A stretch of 64,000 bases of DNA from an uncultured Acidobacteriota bacterium (GCA_963778755.1 CAVZVJ010000004.1:148805-212804); one strand, 5' to 3'; positions 1 to 9,949 are shown, numbered from the stretch's first letter. Numbers and translations are program-made. Notes: generated by a model from the sequence alone, not told the origin.

Positions 1-758
1 GCCAGAACCTGGGTGAAGCCACCGTTGCCGCCCTTGTGAAACGCCCACGCGCCGTAGGCGCCGTCGTGCTCTCCGAACGAGTGATAGAGGAGCACCAGGC
101 CCGAGCCCTGGGAGCGAGGTCCGACCTTGGTTCCGATGATGCCCGATGAGGCATTCAGACCCTGCATGATGTCGGACTCGAAGTAATCCTCGAGGATGTC
201 GGCGGCGCTCCCCGTCAGGAGACGGATGAGGCTGTGGAGGACATCCGGGGGCAAGTCGGCGAGATACGAGCCCATTGCCGCCAAGCGAGCCCGTTCCTCA
301 GGGTCTTTGGAGGTGATGTCGGGCGGGATCGAGTCCATCAGGGGACGGATGGCATGAACCGCCTGTTCCATCATGTGTCCGTAGGCGTCGTAGGCGTCGG
401 CGTCGTGTGGTGAATGCCTGGCTATCTCGTGATGGTTTTCGTTCTTGTCCTGGCCGAGATACAAATAGTCGCCATTCTCCATCGGGGCGAAAGTCGAGGG
501 CATGAGGAGAGGCATGAACCCGTGCTTGGTCAGCTCCAACTCGTGGATGATCTCGGGGCGGAGCAGGCTGAGGGCATACGAGAAGGTGGTGAAGGAGAAC
601 CCGGGGTAGAGCTCCTCGGTGATTGCAGCTCCTCCCACCAGGTGGCGACGCTCCAGGATCACGGTGTCGAGCCCCGCCTTGGCCAGGTAGGACCCGTTGA
701 CCAGGCCGTTGTGGCCACCGCCGATCACGATGGCGTCATATTTCCGTTTTTCAGCCAT
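1..758 (-). CDS. NAD(P)/FAD-dependent oxidoreductase, phytoene desaturase/PYROXD2-like family (partial, runs off window)
   Basis: Manual translation from ATG 758: MAEKRKYDAIVIGGGHNGLVNGSYLAKAGLDTVILERRHLVGGAAITEELYPGF (GxGxxG FAD motif); absent from ORF track because it lacks a stop in the window. Confidence 0.85.
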   Translation of the reverse strand, partial: MAEKRKYDAIVIGGGHNGLVNGSYLAKAGLDTVILERRHLVGGAAITEELYPGFSFTTFSYALSLLRPEIIHELELTKHGFMPLLMPSTFAPMENGDYLYLGQDKNENHHEIARHSPHDADAYDAYGHMMEQAVHAIRPLMDSIPPDITSKDPEERARLAAMGSYLADLPPDVLHSLIRLLTGSAADILEDYFESDIMQGLNASSGIIGTKVGPRSQGSGLVLLYHSFGEHDGAYGAWAFHKGGNGGFTQVL

Positions 759-762
759 CAGG

Positions 763-1962
763 TCACGCTGTCTTTCTCGGGGGGTTGTAGAAGGGCATAC
801 GAGTCACTTCGGCGTTCACCATTTCGTAACGGTGGTCGATCGTCACCTCGAGGCTGACCTTGGTGCCCAGTTTCGAGTGGTCGGGTCGGACCCTGGCGAT
901 CCCGATGTGCCTCTGCATCATCGGGGAGTAGACGAAGCTCGGGGTGTAGCCGATCCGATTGACCTTCTCGTCGTAGAGCATCATCCCGCCATGCTCCGGC
1001 GTGTGGTCCTTCGGCGGCACCAATCCGCGTTCGTTGTAAACCCGGTTCCAATCCTCCCAATCGACCATGACCCCAACGGTTCGCCAACGAGAAGTCCCGT
1101 CTTTTAGCTCTTTCTCGATGGAGCGACGCCCGATGAAGGCCCGGTCATCGGTCTCCAGATCACGCAGCATCCAGTTCATCCCGAGCTCGATCGGCGTGGT
1201 CCGCTGATCGTCATTCCAGGCGTAACGCGACGAGTAGAAGTCGACGTCGATGAGGACCAGCCCGGCCTCGATCCGGCTGATGAGGAGGGCGATTTGCCCG
1301 GCAGGGACCACACCCATGGGGGTGCCGACTTCTTCCACTGCATCCCAGACATCCAAGGCGTCCCCACGGTCGACCCAGATCTCATAGCCGAGGTCACCGG
1401 TGTATCCGGTGCGGGAGATGGTCACCGAGGCGTTCCCGACCTTGGCAGGGGTCAGATGGAAATAGCCGATGCCCTCCATTTCGGGGGCCAGGGTCTTGAG
1501 GATCTCCCTGGCGTACGGCCCCTGTAGGGCAAGAGCCCCGTAGTCGTCGGAGACGTCGGTGATCTCGACCGATTCGTGTCCGATCAGGTCACGGAAATAG
1601 GCGAGGTTTGGCTCAGCCGCCGTGAGCAGGAACTCGTCCTCGGAAAGGCGAAGAATGACACCGTCCTCGATCACGTTGCCGGCGTCGTCACACCAGATCG
1701 TGTAGTGCGCCTGGCCGGGACGGCACTTTCGGATGTCCCGGGCGAGGACACCGGAGAGGAAGTGCTCGGCGTCACGCCCGACGATCCGGTACTTGTAAAG
1801 GGGAGAAGTGTCGATCATCGCCGCCGCGTTGCGGATCCCGAAATACTCGAATTTCTCAGACGTCTGGTACTTCTCGGTCGCCAGATACCCCGACCAGTGA
1901 CTCCACAAACCGGTTTGGTTGGCGGCGCTGGTCCGCGGGTGGAAGGGCGTCTCCCGGATCAA
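763..1962 (-). CDS. Aminomethyltransferase family protein (GcvT-like, THF-dependent)
   Basis: 399 aa; IEDGVILRL, SRTGYTGDLGYEIW, RIEAGL and PFYNP motifs. Confidence 0.9.
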   Translation of the reverse strand: MIRETPFHPRTSAANQTGLWSHWSGYLATEKYQTSEKFEYFGIRNAAAMIDTSPLYKYRIVGRDAEHFLSGVLARDIRKCRPGQAHYTIWCDDAGNVIEDGVILRLSEDEFLLTAAEPNLAYFRDLIGHESVEITDVSDDYGALALQGPYAREILKTLAPEMEGIGYFHLTPAKVGNASVTISRTGYTGDLGYEIWVDRGDALDVWDAVEEVGTPMGVVPAGQIALLISRIEAGLVLIDVDFYSSRYAWNDDQRTTPIELGMNWMLRDLETDDRAFIGRRSIEKELKDGTSRWRTVGVMVDWEDWNRVYNERGLVPPKDHTPEHGGMMLYDEKVNRIGYTPSFVYSPMMQRHIGIARVRPDHSKLGTKVSLEVTIDHRYEMVNAEVTRMPFYNPPRKTA

Positions 1963-2032
1963 TTGCTACCTCGGGTCGGTGGGGCAGGATAACCCGTTGC
2001 CTGATGCCTCCGGCCGGGAATCGAGAGGTTTT

Positions 2033-2048
2033 CTGAACGGCCGTTCAG
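2033..2048. promoter_or_regulatory. Palindromic operator CTGAACGGCCGTTCAG (putative TetR/BetI-like site 1)
   Basis: Perfect 16-bp palindrome in a divergent promoter; related sites at 4937, 12582 and 13280. Confidence 0.7.
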
Positions 2049-2074
2049 GACTCCGCTGCTAGATTCGGTAGACC

Positions 2075-3247
2075 GTGTCGACCTTTTTCACCTCCGCGGA
2101 GCGCCTCCTGCAGACTCGCGCTCGTGAGTTCATCGACGAGTTGATTCCATACGAGGTGGAAGCCGAAATGAACCGAGGAGAGCTTTCTCCGGAGGTGGCG
2201 GAGGCACATCACGAGAAGGCACGAGCGCTCGGGTTTCTCTCGATCAACATGCCGAAGAAGATGGGCGGTCCCGGCTACGGGATGTTGGAGCAGGCCTTGA
2301 TCCAGGAGCAGAGCGGTCGGGTGACCAATGCCCTCGGCTGGGTGGTCTCCACCGGACCGTCCTGGATCGCCGACGTGGTCACCGACTACCAGATGGACCG
2401 CTGGATCCGTCCCACGGTCAACGGTGACATTCATGAGTGTTACGCGATCACCGAGGAGGGGGCAGGCTCGGACGTCGACGGCATCGAAGCTACGGCCCGC
2501 CCGGACGGCAACGACTACGTCCTGAACGGGACCAAGTGGCATGTCACCTCGGCAAACCTCGCTGCTTATGTGTTCTTTCAGGCCAAGCTCACCGATGGTC
2601 CCAACGTAGGGCGGCACGTCCTCTTCTTCGTTGACATGGACGCTCCAGGGGTGGAGTGCGTCCGGGTCCCGGAGTACAGCCACACTTATGGCCACCACCA
2701 CTGGGAGATGAAGTTCACCGACGTCAGGGTCCCCAAAGAGAATCTGGTGGGATCCGAGGGCGACGGAATGAGCTTTTCCCACGCCTGGTTTCGCTACGAG
2801 CGACTGATGATCGCCGCCCGCTGTTGCGGGGCTGCGGAGCGGCTCATCGATGAGGCAACTGCCTTTGCCGAGGAGCGCCAGGCATACGGATCGAGCATTG
2901 CCGAATACCAGGCGATCCAATTCATGCTTGCCGACTCGCTCACCGAGTTGTGGGCTGCCCGCCTGATGACCTACGAGACGGCACGAGGCATTGACGCCGG
3001 AGTGGATCTCAAGGTCCAGCACGCCCAGTGCTCGATGTCCAAGCTCTATGCGTCTGAGATGGCGAACCGGGTGGCGGATCGGGCGGTGCAGATCTTCGGT
3101 GGACGGGGGTTCATGAGGGAGAACGTGGCTGAGCGTTTCTACCGCGAACTGAGGGTGGATCGGATCTGGGAGGGAACCTCCGAGATCCAACGGATCATCA
3201 TTGCCGACCAGCTCCGCAAACGGGGAGCGGCCACGCTGACCTCCTGA
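2075..3247 (+). CDS. Acyl-CoA dehydrogenase family protein
   Basis: AITEEGAGSD, LNGTKWHVT, QIFGGRGF, RIWEGTSEIQR motifs. Confidence 0.95.
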   Translation: MSTFFTSAERLLQTRAREFIDELIPYEVEAEMNRGELSPEVAEAHHEKARALGFLSINMPKKMGGPGYGMLEQALIQEQSGRVTNALGWVVSTGPSWIADVVTDYQMDRWIRPTVNGDIHECYAITEEGAGSDVDGIEATARPDGNDYVLNGTKWHVTSANLAAYVFFQAKLTDGPNVGRHVLFFVDMDAPGVECVRVPEYSHTYGHHHWEMKFTDVRVPKENLVGSEGDGMSFSHAWFRYERLMIAARCCGAAERLIDEATAFAEERQAYGSSIAEYQAIQFMLADSLTELWAARLMTYETARGIDAGVDLKVQHAQCSMSKLYASEMANRVADRAVQIFGGRGFMRENVAERFYRELRVDRIWEGTSEIQRIIIADQLRKRGAATLTS

Positions 3248-3673
3248 TCAGCTGATTTCGCCAAATCGTTTGCCGACCGCGGCCACCGACTTCCGTATCA
3301 GCTTCTCGAGCACGTCTCGATCAATGTCGTCGAGGCGCTTCACGTAGAGACATGACTTGCTGGTGCTGTGTTTCCCCAATTTTGAGAGCAGCGCCTGGTG
3401 TTCGCCGAAACCATCCATGAAGTAGATGGTCATTGTCTTACTGCGTGGGGCGAACCCAACTTGGAACCACTCCATTGGTGGGCCGCTTCTGCCCTGATAG
3501 GGATAGACGCCAAAGCCAACGATGCTGTCTCCCCACATCGTTGCTTTCTCGCCGGTGATCCTTCCCATCAACCCGACGAGCTCTTTGGAATCCCTGCGCT
3601 GGGTTTCGTCCTGGATGCTCTTGATGAATTGGGGGACGCTGGCTGTGGTCCGCTTGGTCTTTAGCTCGGCCAT
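3248..3673 (-). CDS. DUF1801 domain protein
   Basis: MWGDSIVGFG, GFAPR and LGKHSTSKSCLYVKRL signature. Confidence 0.85.
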   Translation of the reverse strand: MAELKTKRTTASVPQFIKSIQDETQRRDSKELVGLMGRITGEKATMWGDSIVGFGVYPYQGRSGPPMEWFQVGFAPRSKTMTIYFMDGFGEHQALLSKLGKHSTSKSCLYVKRLDDIDRDVLEKLIRKSVAAVGKRFGEIS

Positions 3674-3689
3674 CGGCCAAACCTACCGG

Positions 3690-4868
3690 CTAGTGGAGCT
3701 CGCGCTGGGGGACCGTGGGGACAACCATGCCTTCGCCGAGGTAGACACGGGCCATGACCCCCAGGAACTGATAGACGGTTCCCTCCCATCGGCTCAGCGG
3801 TCCAGGGCGATAGCCACGGTTGCGCATCCCACGCTGGACTCCCTCGCAGGCTGACCAGTCCTCACGGTTGGTGATGTCCCAAAAGTCGGTCGCATAGGCC
3901 GAGTCGAAGTCGGGCAGCTCGAAGGCCTCCGGGGGGAAGAGCCAGGAGCATTCGATGAAGGTCCGGTCGACGTCGATCGGGGTCAGGCGATGGGTCATCA
4001 CATAGTCGGGGTGCAGGGACAGCAACAAGTTGGGGGCCACGGTGATGTACCAGATGTGCCGCGCCTGCTCGTCATCCACATTGCGGAAGTTGACCCCCTG
4101 CGAACTGCCATCGAGTGACATGGTCACGGCGTGATCTTTGAGATCCATGGTCCCGCCGAGCCACATTCCGGTGGGTATGTGGTCGAAGCCGCTGTCCGGC
4201 GGGGTCACCTCGCAGAGCTCGGGATGGATGTTGGAACAGTGGTAACACTCGTTGTAGTTCTCGACGATGACCTTCCAGTTGGCCTTCACCTCGTAGGAAT
4301 GGGTGGCAGCGGTCACCAGGCGCTCTGGCTCGTAGTGGGAAATGATGTCGGCGAGGTTGCCGAAGTGCGCGGCCAGGGACGGAGCCGACCCCGAAAGGTC
4401 GACGAAGACCCACCCACCGAGGACGTCGACGCCTATGGAGATCAGAGGGAACTCACTCATGTCGAATGTTGGGCTCTGGGTGAAAGTGGGTGCGGCCCGC
4501 AGACTGCCGTCCAAGCGATACGACCATGCGTGATAGGGGCAACGAATGAGCCTCACGTCGATGGCGTCGCCAACCGGGGCAAGTTCATGGCCACGGTGCC
4601 GGCAGACATTGGAAAATGCGCGCAGGGTGCCATCCTCATCACGAACCAGGAGGACGCTCTCATCGCCAAGTTCGACGGCCCGCACCTGGCGCGGGGCCAC
4701 CAACTCCTCGAGGCGGCCGACGCATACCCAGGTGCTCTGCCACAGGTTCGCCTTCTCCCAATCAAGGATTTCGGAAGAGGTATAGGCAGCAGACGGAAGG
4801 GTGAGGTTTTGCCCGAAATCGTCGATGACCTTGCGAAGCTGTGCCTGGTCTAGCGGTGCGGCATTCAT
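3690..4868 (-). CDS. Rieske non-heme iron oxygenase alpha subunit (GbcA/choline monooxygenase-like)
   Basis: CRHRGH...CPYHAW Rieske motif; NWKVIVENYNECYHCSNIHP mononuclear Fe motif. Confidence 0.9.
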   Translation of the reverse strand: MNAAPLDQAQLRKVIDDFGQNLTLPSAAYTSSEILDWEKANLWQSTWVCVGRLEELVAPRQVRAVELGDESVLLVRDEDGTLRAFSNVCRHRGHELAPVGDAIDVRLIRCPYHAWSYRLDGSLRAAPTFTQSPTFDMSEFPLISIGVDVLGGWVFVDLSGSAPSLAAHFGNLADIISHYEPERLVTAATHSYEVKANWKVIVENYNECYHCSNIHPELCEVTPPDSGFDHIPTGMWLGGTMDLKDHAVTMSLDGSSQGVNFRNVDDEQARHIWYITVAPNLLLSLHPDYVMTHRLTPIDVDRTFIECSWLFPPEAFELPDFDSAYATDFWDITNREDWSACEGVQRGMRNRGYRPGPLSRWEGTVYQFLGVMARVYLGEGMVVPTVPQRELH

Positions 4869-4936
4869 CGATCTTCCCCTTCTCCTGACCCGGTGGATCC
4901 AGAAACCACGGGCAGGCCTGCAGCCCTCAGTGTATC

Positions 4937-4952
4937 CTGAACAGCGAGTCAG
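4937..4952. promoter_or_regulatory. Operator-like site CTGAACAGCGAGTCAG (site 2)
   Basis: Imperfect copy of the 2033 palindrome in the Rieske/aminotransferase divergent promoter. Confidence 0.6.
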
Positions 4953-4975
4953 GTTACCCGAAAGGAAGGTGACTC

Positions 4976-6343
4976 ATGCTCGCCGCCGAGGATCGGATGT
5001 CCACAATTCTGGACGATCTGATCGAAAAAGAAGAGCGGACATTCATCGAGCGAGCCCCCGAAGCCACACGTTTGGACGCTGTGGCAAGACGATCCTTGGC
5101 TGGGGGAGTGACCTCCAGCTGGCAGATCTCACGCCCGCAGCCGATCTGGATCGATCGAGGTCTCGGATCGCGAGTCTGGGACGTCGACGGCAACGAATAC
5201 GTTGATTTCCACGGCGGATACGGCGCGATGTTGGCCGGTCATGCCAACCCCGCTGTCGTGGCCGCCGTATCGGAGCGGGTTCGCAAGGGGACTCATTTCG
5301 CGCAGCCCACCGAAGATGCCATCGTGGTTGCCGAGGAGCTGGCCAGTCGTTATGGCTTACCCTTGTGGCGATTCGGGAACTCGGGCACCGAAGCCACCAT
5401 GGATGCAGTCCATCTCATGCGGGCGATCACCGGACGCGACCTGATCATCAAATTCGAGGGTGCCTATCACGGTCACCACGACTCTGTGATGGTCTCGGTC
5501 TGGAACGAAGACGATCTTGGGCCCGAGAAGCGCCCGGCGAGCATGCCGGCCGGAACCGGCATCCCGAGGGCGATCGTCGACCTGGCTCTGGTGGCCACGT
5601 TCAACGATCTCGACGTCGTTTCCATGCTCTTCGAGGAGCACCCAGGTCAGATCGCCGGTGTGATCGTCGAGCCGATCCTTCAGAACTGTGGTGTTCTCCT
5701 GCCGGAGGACGGTTTCCTCGCCGGTCTCCGAGAGCTGACCCTCAAACATGATGCATTGCTCACCTTCGACGAGGTTAAGACGGGTCTCACGGTGGGCAAG
5801 GGCGGCGCCACCAGGCGCTTCGGGGTCCAGCCCGACATCGTTTGTCTGGCGAAGGCCCTGGGTGGTGGGCTTCCGATATCGGCGATCGGGGGGACCGAAT
5901 ACGTCATGGGTCACATCGTGGACGGAACCTATGACCAGGTGGGAACGTTCAACGGCAACCCGCTGAGCATGGCCGCCGCCAGGGCGATGCTGACCGAAGT
6001 CATGGTCGAGGAGAACTACCGGCATCTCGCTCACATACAGGAGCGGATGGAGAAAGGCGCCAACGAGGTGATCGGTCGTCATCAGCTGCCGGCTCATGTC
6101 GCCACCGCCGGTGCCAAAGGGAGCGTCATCTACTCACCGCAGCCGTTAAGGACCTATCGAGACTTCCTCGATGTCGATGGGCGCTACGCCCAGGCGGCGT
6201 GGCTGTACCAGTACAACCGCGGCGTGTTCCTGCCTCCCTGGGGCAAGGGCGAGCAGTGGCTGGTTTCTGTGGCCCACGACGACGAGGACATCGATCGCTA
6301 TCTCGAGACTCTGGATTCGTTTGCGGCTCTCATCACTCAATGA
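4976..6343 (+). CDS. Class III PLP aminotransferase (HemL-like)
   Basis: NSGTEAT, FDEVKTG, AKALGGG, GTFNGNP; RBS AAGGAAGG upstream. Confidence 0.9.
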   Translation: MLAAEDRMSTILDDLIEKEERTFIERAPEATRLDAVARRSLAGGVTSSWQISRPQPIWIDRGLGSRVWDVDGNEYVDFHGGYGAMLAGHANPAVVAAVSERVRKGTHFAQPTEDAIVVAEELASRYGLPLWRFGNSGTEATMDAVHLMRAITGRDLIIKFEGAYHGHHDSVMVSVWNEDDLGPEKRPASMPAGTGIPRAIVDLALVATFNDLDVVSMLFEEHPGQIAGVIVEPILQNCGVLLPEDGFLAGLRELTLKHDALLTFDEVKTGLTVGKGGATRRFGVQPDIVCLAKALGGGLPISAIGGTEYVMGHIVDGTYDQVGTFNGNPLSMAAARAMLTEVMVEENYRHLAHIQERMEKGANEVIGRHQLPAHVATAGAKGSVIYSPQPLRTYRDFLDVDGRYAQAAWLYQYNRGVFLPPWGKGEQWLVSVAHDDEDIDRYLETLDSFAALITQ

Positions 6344-6367
6344 GCCGGTCGTAGACTCCAACGCCTC

Positions 6368-7462
6368 ATGAGCGGTGTGGTCGAGCTGGTCGATCTCGAG
6401 AAGAAATTCGGAGACGTAGCGGCAGTCGACAGGATCAACCTCAAGATTGCTGATGGGGAGTTCTTCTCATTGCTCGGGCCGTCGGGGTGTGGCAAGACCA
6501 CGACACTTCGCTTGATCGCAGGATTCGAAAGACCGGACGGAGGCGCCATCCTGATCGACGGTGTCGATCAGTCCGGGACCCCACCCCACAAACGCCCGGT
6601 GAACACGGTGTTTCAGAGCTATGCCCTGTTCCCGCACATGGATGTGGCCGCCAATGTCGGCTTCGGCCTCCGGTACCAAAACGTCACCAAGGCGGAACAG
6701 AAGAGGCGTGTCGGAGAGGCCCTCGAGAAGGTGCGGCTGACCGGTATGGAGGTACGAAAGCCGACCCAGCTTTCCGGCGGGCAACAGCAACGAGTGGCCT
6801 TGGCCCGTTCGTTGGTACTCAACCCATCGGTTCTGCTGCTCGACGAGCCGTTGGGGGCCCTCGACGCCAAGTTGAGAAAGGCGCTCCAGGTCGAGTTGAA
6901 GAGCCTCCAGGAGGACCTCGAGATCACATTCATCTATGTGACTCACGACCAGGAAGAAGCACTGACCATGTCGGACCGCATTGCGGTCATGACCGAGGGC
7001 ACGGTCGAGCAGCTCGGGACTCCGTCCGAGGTGTACGAGACCCCGACCTCCAGCTATATCGCAGACTTCCTCGGAATCTCGAATCTCATGTATGCGACTA
7101 CCGCCGGTGATGGGCGGGTGAACCTGGGCGGCCGTCAGTTGGCGTGTGTTTCCAAAGAGGGCGCCAGTGGAGACGTGACGGTCAGCATTCGTCCCGAGCG
7201 AATCGAGCTGCACGCGGCAGATTTCAGCGGAGACAATGTCCTGAAAGGTGAGATCGAGAGAGTGGTGTTTGCCGGTCCATTGCTCAATGTCCTCGTCAAC
7301 ATCGCTGATGTCGGCACCGTCCAGGTGACGGTCCCGAATCAGGGCGCCGCCTTCACCTTTGATTGGCCCGATCCGGTGGCATTGCGTTTCCCGCCCGAGG
7401 CCTTGCGCATCGTCTCGGAGACCGGCACCGCCACTGAGGAGCTCGACGTCGTTCAGGAGTGA
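6368..7462 (+). CDS. potA: Polyamine-type ABC transporter ATP-binding protein (PotA-like)
   Basis: GPSGCGKTT, LSGGQQQRVALA, LLDEP, VNTVFQSYALFPH. Confidence 0.9.
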   Translation: MSGVVELVDLEKKFGDVAAVDRINLKIADGEFFSLLGPSGCGKTTTLRLIAGFERPDGGAILIDGVDQSGTPPHKRPVNTVFQSYALFPHMDVAANVGFGLRYQNVTKAEQKRRVGEALEKVRLTGMEVRKPTQLSGGQQQRVALARSLVLNPSVLLLDEPLGALDAKLRKALQVELKSLQEDLEITFIYVTHDQEEALTMSDRIAVMTEGTVEQLGTPSEVYETPTSSYIADFLGISNLMYATTAGDGRVNLGGRQLACVSKEGASGDVTVSIRPERIELHAADFSGDNVLKGEIERVVFAGPLLNVLVNIADVGTVQVTVPNQGAAFTFDWPDPVALRFPPEALRIVSETGTATEELDVVQE

Positions 7463-8400
7463 GCGGCGACCAGCTTTTCCCCGATCGATCTCAACTCGAC
7501 CGCCAGTTCGTCAGGTTGTTCGACGACGAACTCCCAGGGGAGCCCGAGCAGGTATCGGGCCAGCCAATTGAGGTCGTCGGCTCCGATGATGAGACGGCAA
7601 TGGCCCTCGTCGACGGGTTCTACGACGCCGACCGTGGTTGAAATGAGTTGGCGTGCCCGCTCGGGCGTCGTTTCGAGGAGTATCACCCCACGGTGCGTGT
7701 AGACGTCGATGGCGACACCCCTCGCCACCAATTCCACCGGGTCGGGCTCAGGACGGCGGATTGACCGCATCCCGGTCGCCTTGAGACCTGACGCTCGATC
7801 CAATCGGAAGGTGCGCCAGTCGTCGCGGTCGAGGTCGTAGGCGACGAGATACCAGCGCCGCCCGGTGTGCACGAGGCGGAGCGGCTCGACGTGTCGTTCG
7901 GAGGACCTGCCCTCACTGTCCACGTAGCCGAATCTGAGTCGTTCCCGGGCGCGGGCGGTGGAGGCGGCCACGGCAAGAGCGTTGTGATCGGCTCGCGCCG
8001 AGGATGACGAAACAGTGGAAACCGTGGCCACCGAGATGTCTTCGAGCCGGGTTCGAAGCCGTGGCGGCAGGACATGCTCGAGTTTGGAGAGGGCAGAGAG
8101 CGACGCGTCCTCGAGCCCGCCGACTGCGGTGGCAGTGGCGACCCGCAATCCAAGAGCGACTGCAAGGGCCTCCTCGTCGTCGAGCAGAAGCGGAGGGAGC
8201 TTGCCTCCGGCCCCCAGCCGGTAACCGCCTCCTGGACCGGCCACCGCTTCGACCGGGTAACCGAGATCGCGCAATCTCGAGATGTCACGTCGCACTGTCC
8301 GCGTGGTGACCTCGAGCCTCCGCGCCAGATCGCCAGCCGTCCAGTCGATTCGCCCTTCCAACAGGCCGAGAAGTTTGAGAAGCCGTTCCGCAGTGTCCAT
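7453..8400 (-). CDS. YafY-family HTH-WYL transcriptional regulator
   Basis: HTH RTVRRDISRLRDLGYPV; WYL motif RRWYLVAYDLDRDDWRTFRLDR. Confidence 0.93.
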   Translation of the reverse strand: MDTAERLLKLLGLLEGRIDWTAGDLARRLEVTTRTVRRDISRLRDLGYPVEAVAGPGGGYRLGAGGKLPPLLLDDEEALAVALGLRVATATAVGGLEDASLSALSKLEHVLPPRLRTRLEDISVATVSTVSSSSARADHNALAVAASTARARERLRFGYVDSEGRSSERHVEPLRLVHTGRRWYLVAYDLDRDDWRTFRLDRASGLKATGMRSIRRPEPDPVELVARGVAIDVYTHRGVILLETTPERARQLISTTVGVVEPVDEGHCRLIIGADDLNWLARYLLGLPWEFVVEQPDELAVELRSIGEKLVAAHS

Positions 8401-8421
8401 CTTTAGGTCAGTTTATTGATT

Positions 8422-8444
8422 ATGCGGACAGATACTGTCCGCAT
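8422..8444. promoter_or_regulatory. Inverted repeat ATGCGGACAG-ATA-CTGTCCGCAT, putative WYL-regulator binding site
   Basis: Perfect 10-bp arms in the divergent intergenic region next to the WYL gene. Confidence 0.7.
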
Positions 8445-8486
8445 TGTTTCGTATGCTTGGCCGCAGTCAGAGAGAAGGGAAACAAG

Positions 8487-8675
8487 GTGAGTCCTTTCCT
8501 GAATTACGAGGTTGCGAAGGGCAGAGTCGAGGAGCGTCGAGCTGTCGCCGAGAGGCGAAACAGTTGGCGCCGCGCCGAGAAGGAAGGTGCCCAACCGCTC
8601 CCGTCATGGGACGACGGAGCGATTGAACTGTTGGCTTGTGACAGCAACGATGAGCAGGAAATGGTGGGTGCCTAG
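8487..8675 (+). CDS. Small hypothetical protein (62 aa), likely WYL-regulated
   Basis: GTG start after AGAAGGGA; MSPFLNYEVAKGRVEERRAVAERR. Confidence 0.6.
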   Translation: MSPFLNYEVAKGRVEERRAVAERRNSWRRAEKEGAQPLPSWDDGAIELLACDSNDEQEMVGA

Positions 8676-8686
8676 TGGATTGGTCG

Positions 8687-9949
8687 ATGTCTGTTGAGTT
8701 CGATGGAGGAGAGCTCGTGGCGAGACCGCTGACACCCGATCGGTTCGGTGACATCGAGTCGGTGTTCGGGGAGAAAGGCATCGCCCGGCGTTGCTTCTGC
8801 ATGCATTGGCGTCGCCCCGACGGTGGGTATCAGGACCGTCGCCCGACCAAGGATCGGTTCGCCGACCGAGTCAGTGAGGGGAGGCCACCAGGGCTGATCG
8901 GATACCTGGATGAGGTGCCGGTGGGGTGGGTTCAGATCGGCCCCCGCGATGAGTTCCCGACCCTCCGCCGCTCCCGCATCCTGAAACCTGTCGACGACGC
9001 CGAGACCTGGTCGGTCAATTGTTTCGTCACCCGGGTTGGTTACCGGCGCCGGGGGATCGCGTCGGCCCTGTTGGTAGCGGCCAAGGCCTTTGCCAGGGAC
9101 GAGGGCGCCAACTTGATCGAGGGCTATCCGGTCGATGGAGAGCGAGCATCGGTGGTCGACTACTTCACGGGGACTTTCGGGATGTTCCAGGAGGAAGGCT
9201 TTGTCGAGATCCTGCGCCGGGACCCGACAAGACCGATCGTTCGAATTGGGTTGTCCCCCCTCCCTGAGGGGGATCGCCGGAGCTTTAGCGCCGGCGATGG
9301 GGGGTGTCCAGTGTCAACCCCCCTCGACGCGCTCCCTGCGGTCGCTGGCGTCGGTCCCCCCGCTCCGCAGGGGACAACAGATGTTGCGGCCGGAGGGCCG
9401 CTACATCTCGAAGCCGGCTACCGACTCCAATGCCGAGCCGCTCTCTCCCCGGCGCCTCGCCAGCGATCGGAACAAGAGCCCGGCTGCCGCCACGGCCGCC
9501 ATAGTGATCACCATGAGAACTGTCGCCAGGGCGTTGAGCGACGGTGGTGGGGCCAGCCGGGCTCCCGAATAGAGCTTGACCGGGATGGTCACCGAATCGG
9601 CTCCTCCAACCAGGAATTGGCTGATCACGAAGTCGTCGATCGAGATCGCGAAGACAATCGCGAAGCTGGCCAACAGGGCCGGGGCAAGGAGGGGCAACAG
9701 GACGCGTCGCATCGCCTGGAACTGGGAGGCACCGAGGTCCATAGCGGCCTCCTCGTAGTCCCTGCCAATGGCAAACAGCCTCCCTCGCACGATGATCACC
9801 ACAAAGGAGATCGAAAACGTGACATGGCCCAGAAACTGGGCCCAAGTCCCGAACGGCACGAAGTCGTAGACCTTGTCGAAAACGAGGAACAAAGCCACGC
9901 CCATCACGATCTCCGGTGTGACCAGTGGGATCAGCATCAGGAGATTTGA
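8687..9949 (+). CDS. GNAT N-acetyltransferase; core ends near 9250, ORF then reads through a repeat and antisense into the permease
   Basis: CFCMHWR, WSVNCFVTRVGYRRRGIASALL, IEGYPVD. Confidence 0.75.
   Translation: MSVEFDGGELVARPLTPDRFGDIESVFGEKGIARRCFCMHWRRPDGGYQDRRPTKDRFADRVSEGRPPGLIGYLDEVPVGWVQIGPRDEFPTLRRSRILKPVDDAETWSVNCFVTRVGYRRRGIASALLVAAKAFARDEGANLIEGYPVDGERASVVDYFTGTFGMFQEEGFVEILRRDPTRPIVRIGLSPLPEGDRRSFSAGDGGCPVSTPLDALPAVAGVGPPAPQGTTDVAAGGPLHLEAGYRLQCRAALSPAPRQRSEQEPGCRHGRHSDHHENCRQGVERRWWGQPGSRIELDRDGHRIGSSNQELADHEVVDRDREDNREAGQQGRGKEGQQDASHRLELGGTEVHSGLLVVPANGKQPPSHDDHHKGDRKRDMAQKLGPSPERHEVVDLVENEEQSHAHHDLRCDQWDQHQEI
9250..9378. repeat. Multi-hairpin REPIN-like element, copy A (full)
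   Basis: Terminal IR GTTGTCCCC/GGGGACAAC; internal hairpins ATCGCCGG..CCGGCGAT and CGACGC..GCGTCG; same architecture as the copies at 47358 and 55696. Confidence 0.8.

Noticed and set aside
4976-6343. Calling the aminotransferase hemL
   Set aside because: HemL-like, but it lies in an amine catabolic regulon with no heme biosynthesis genes nearby.
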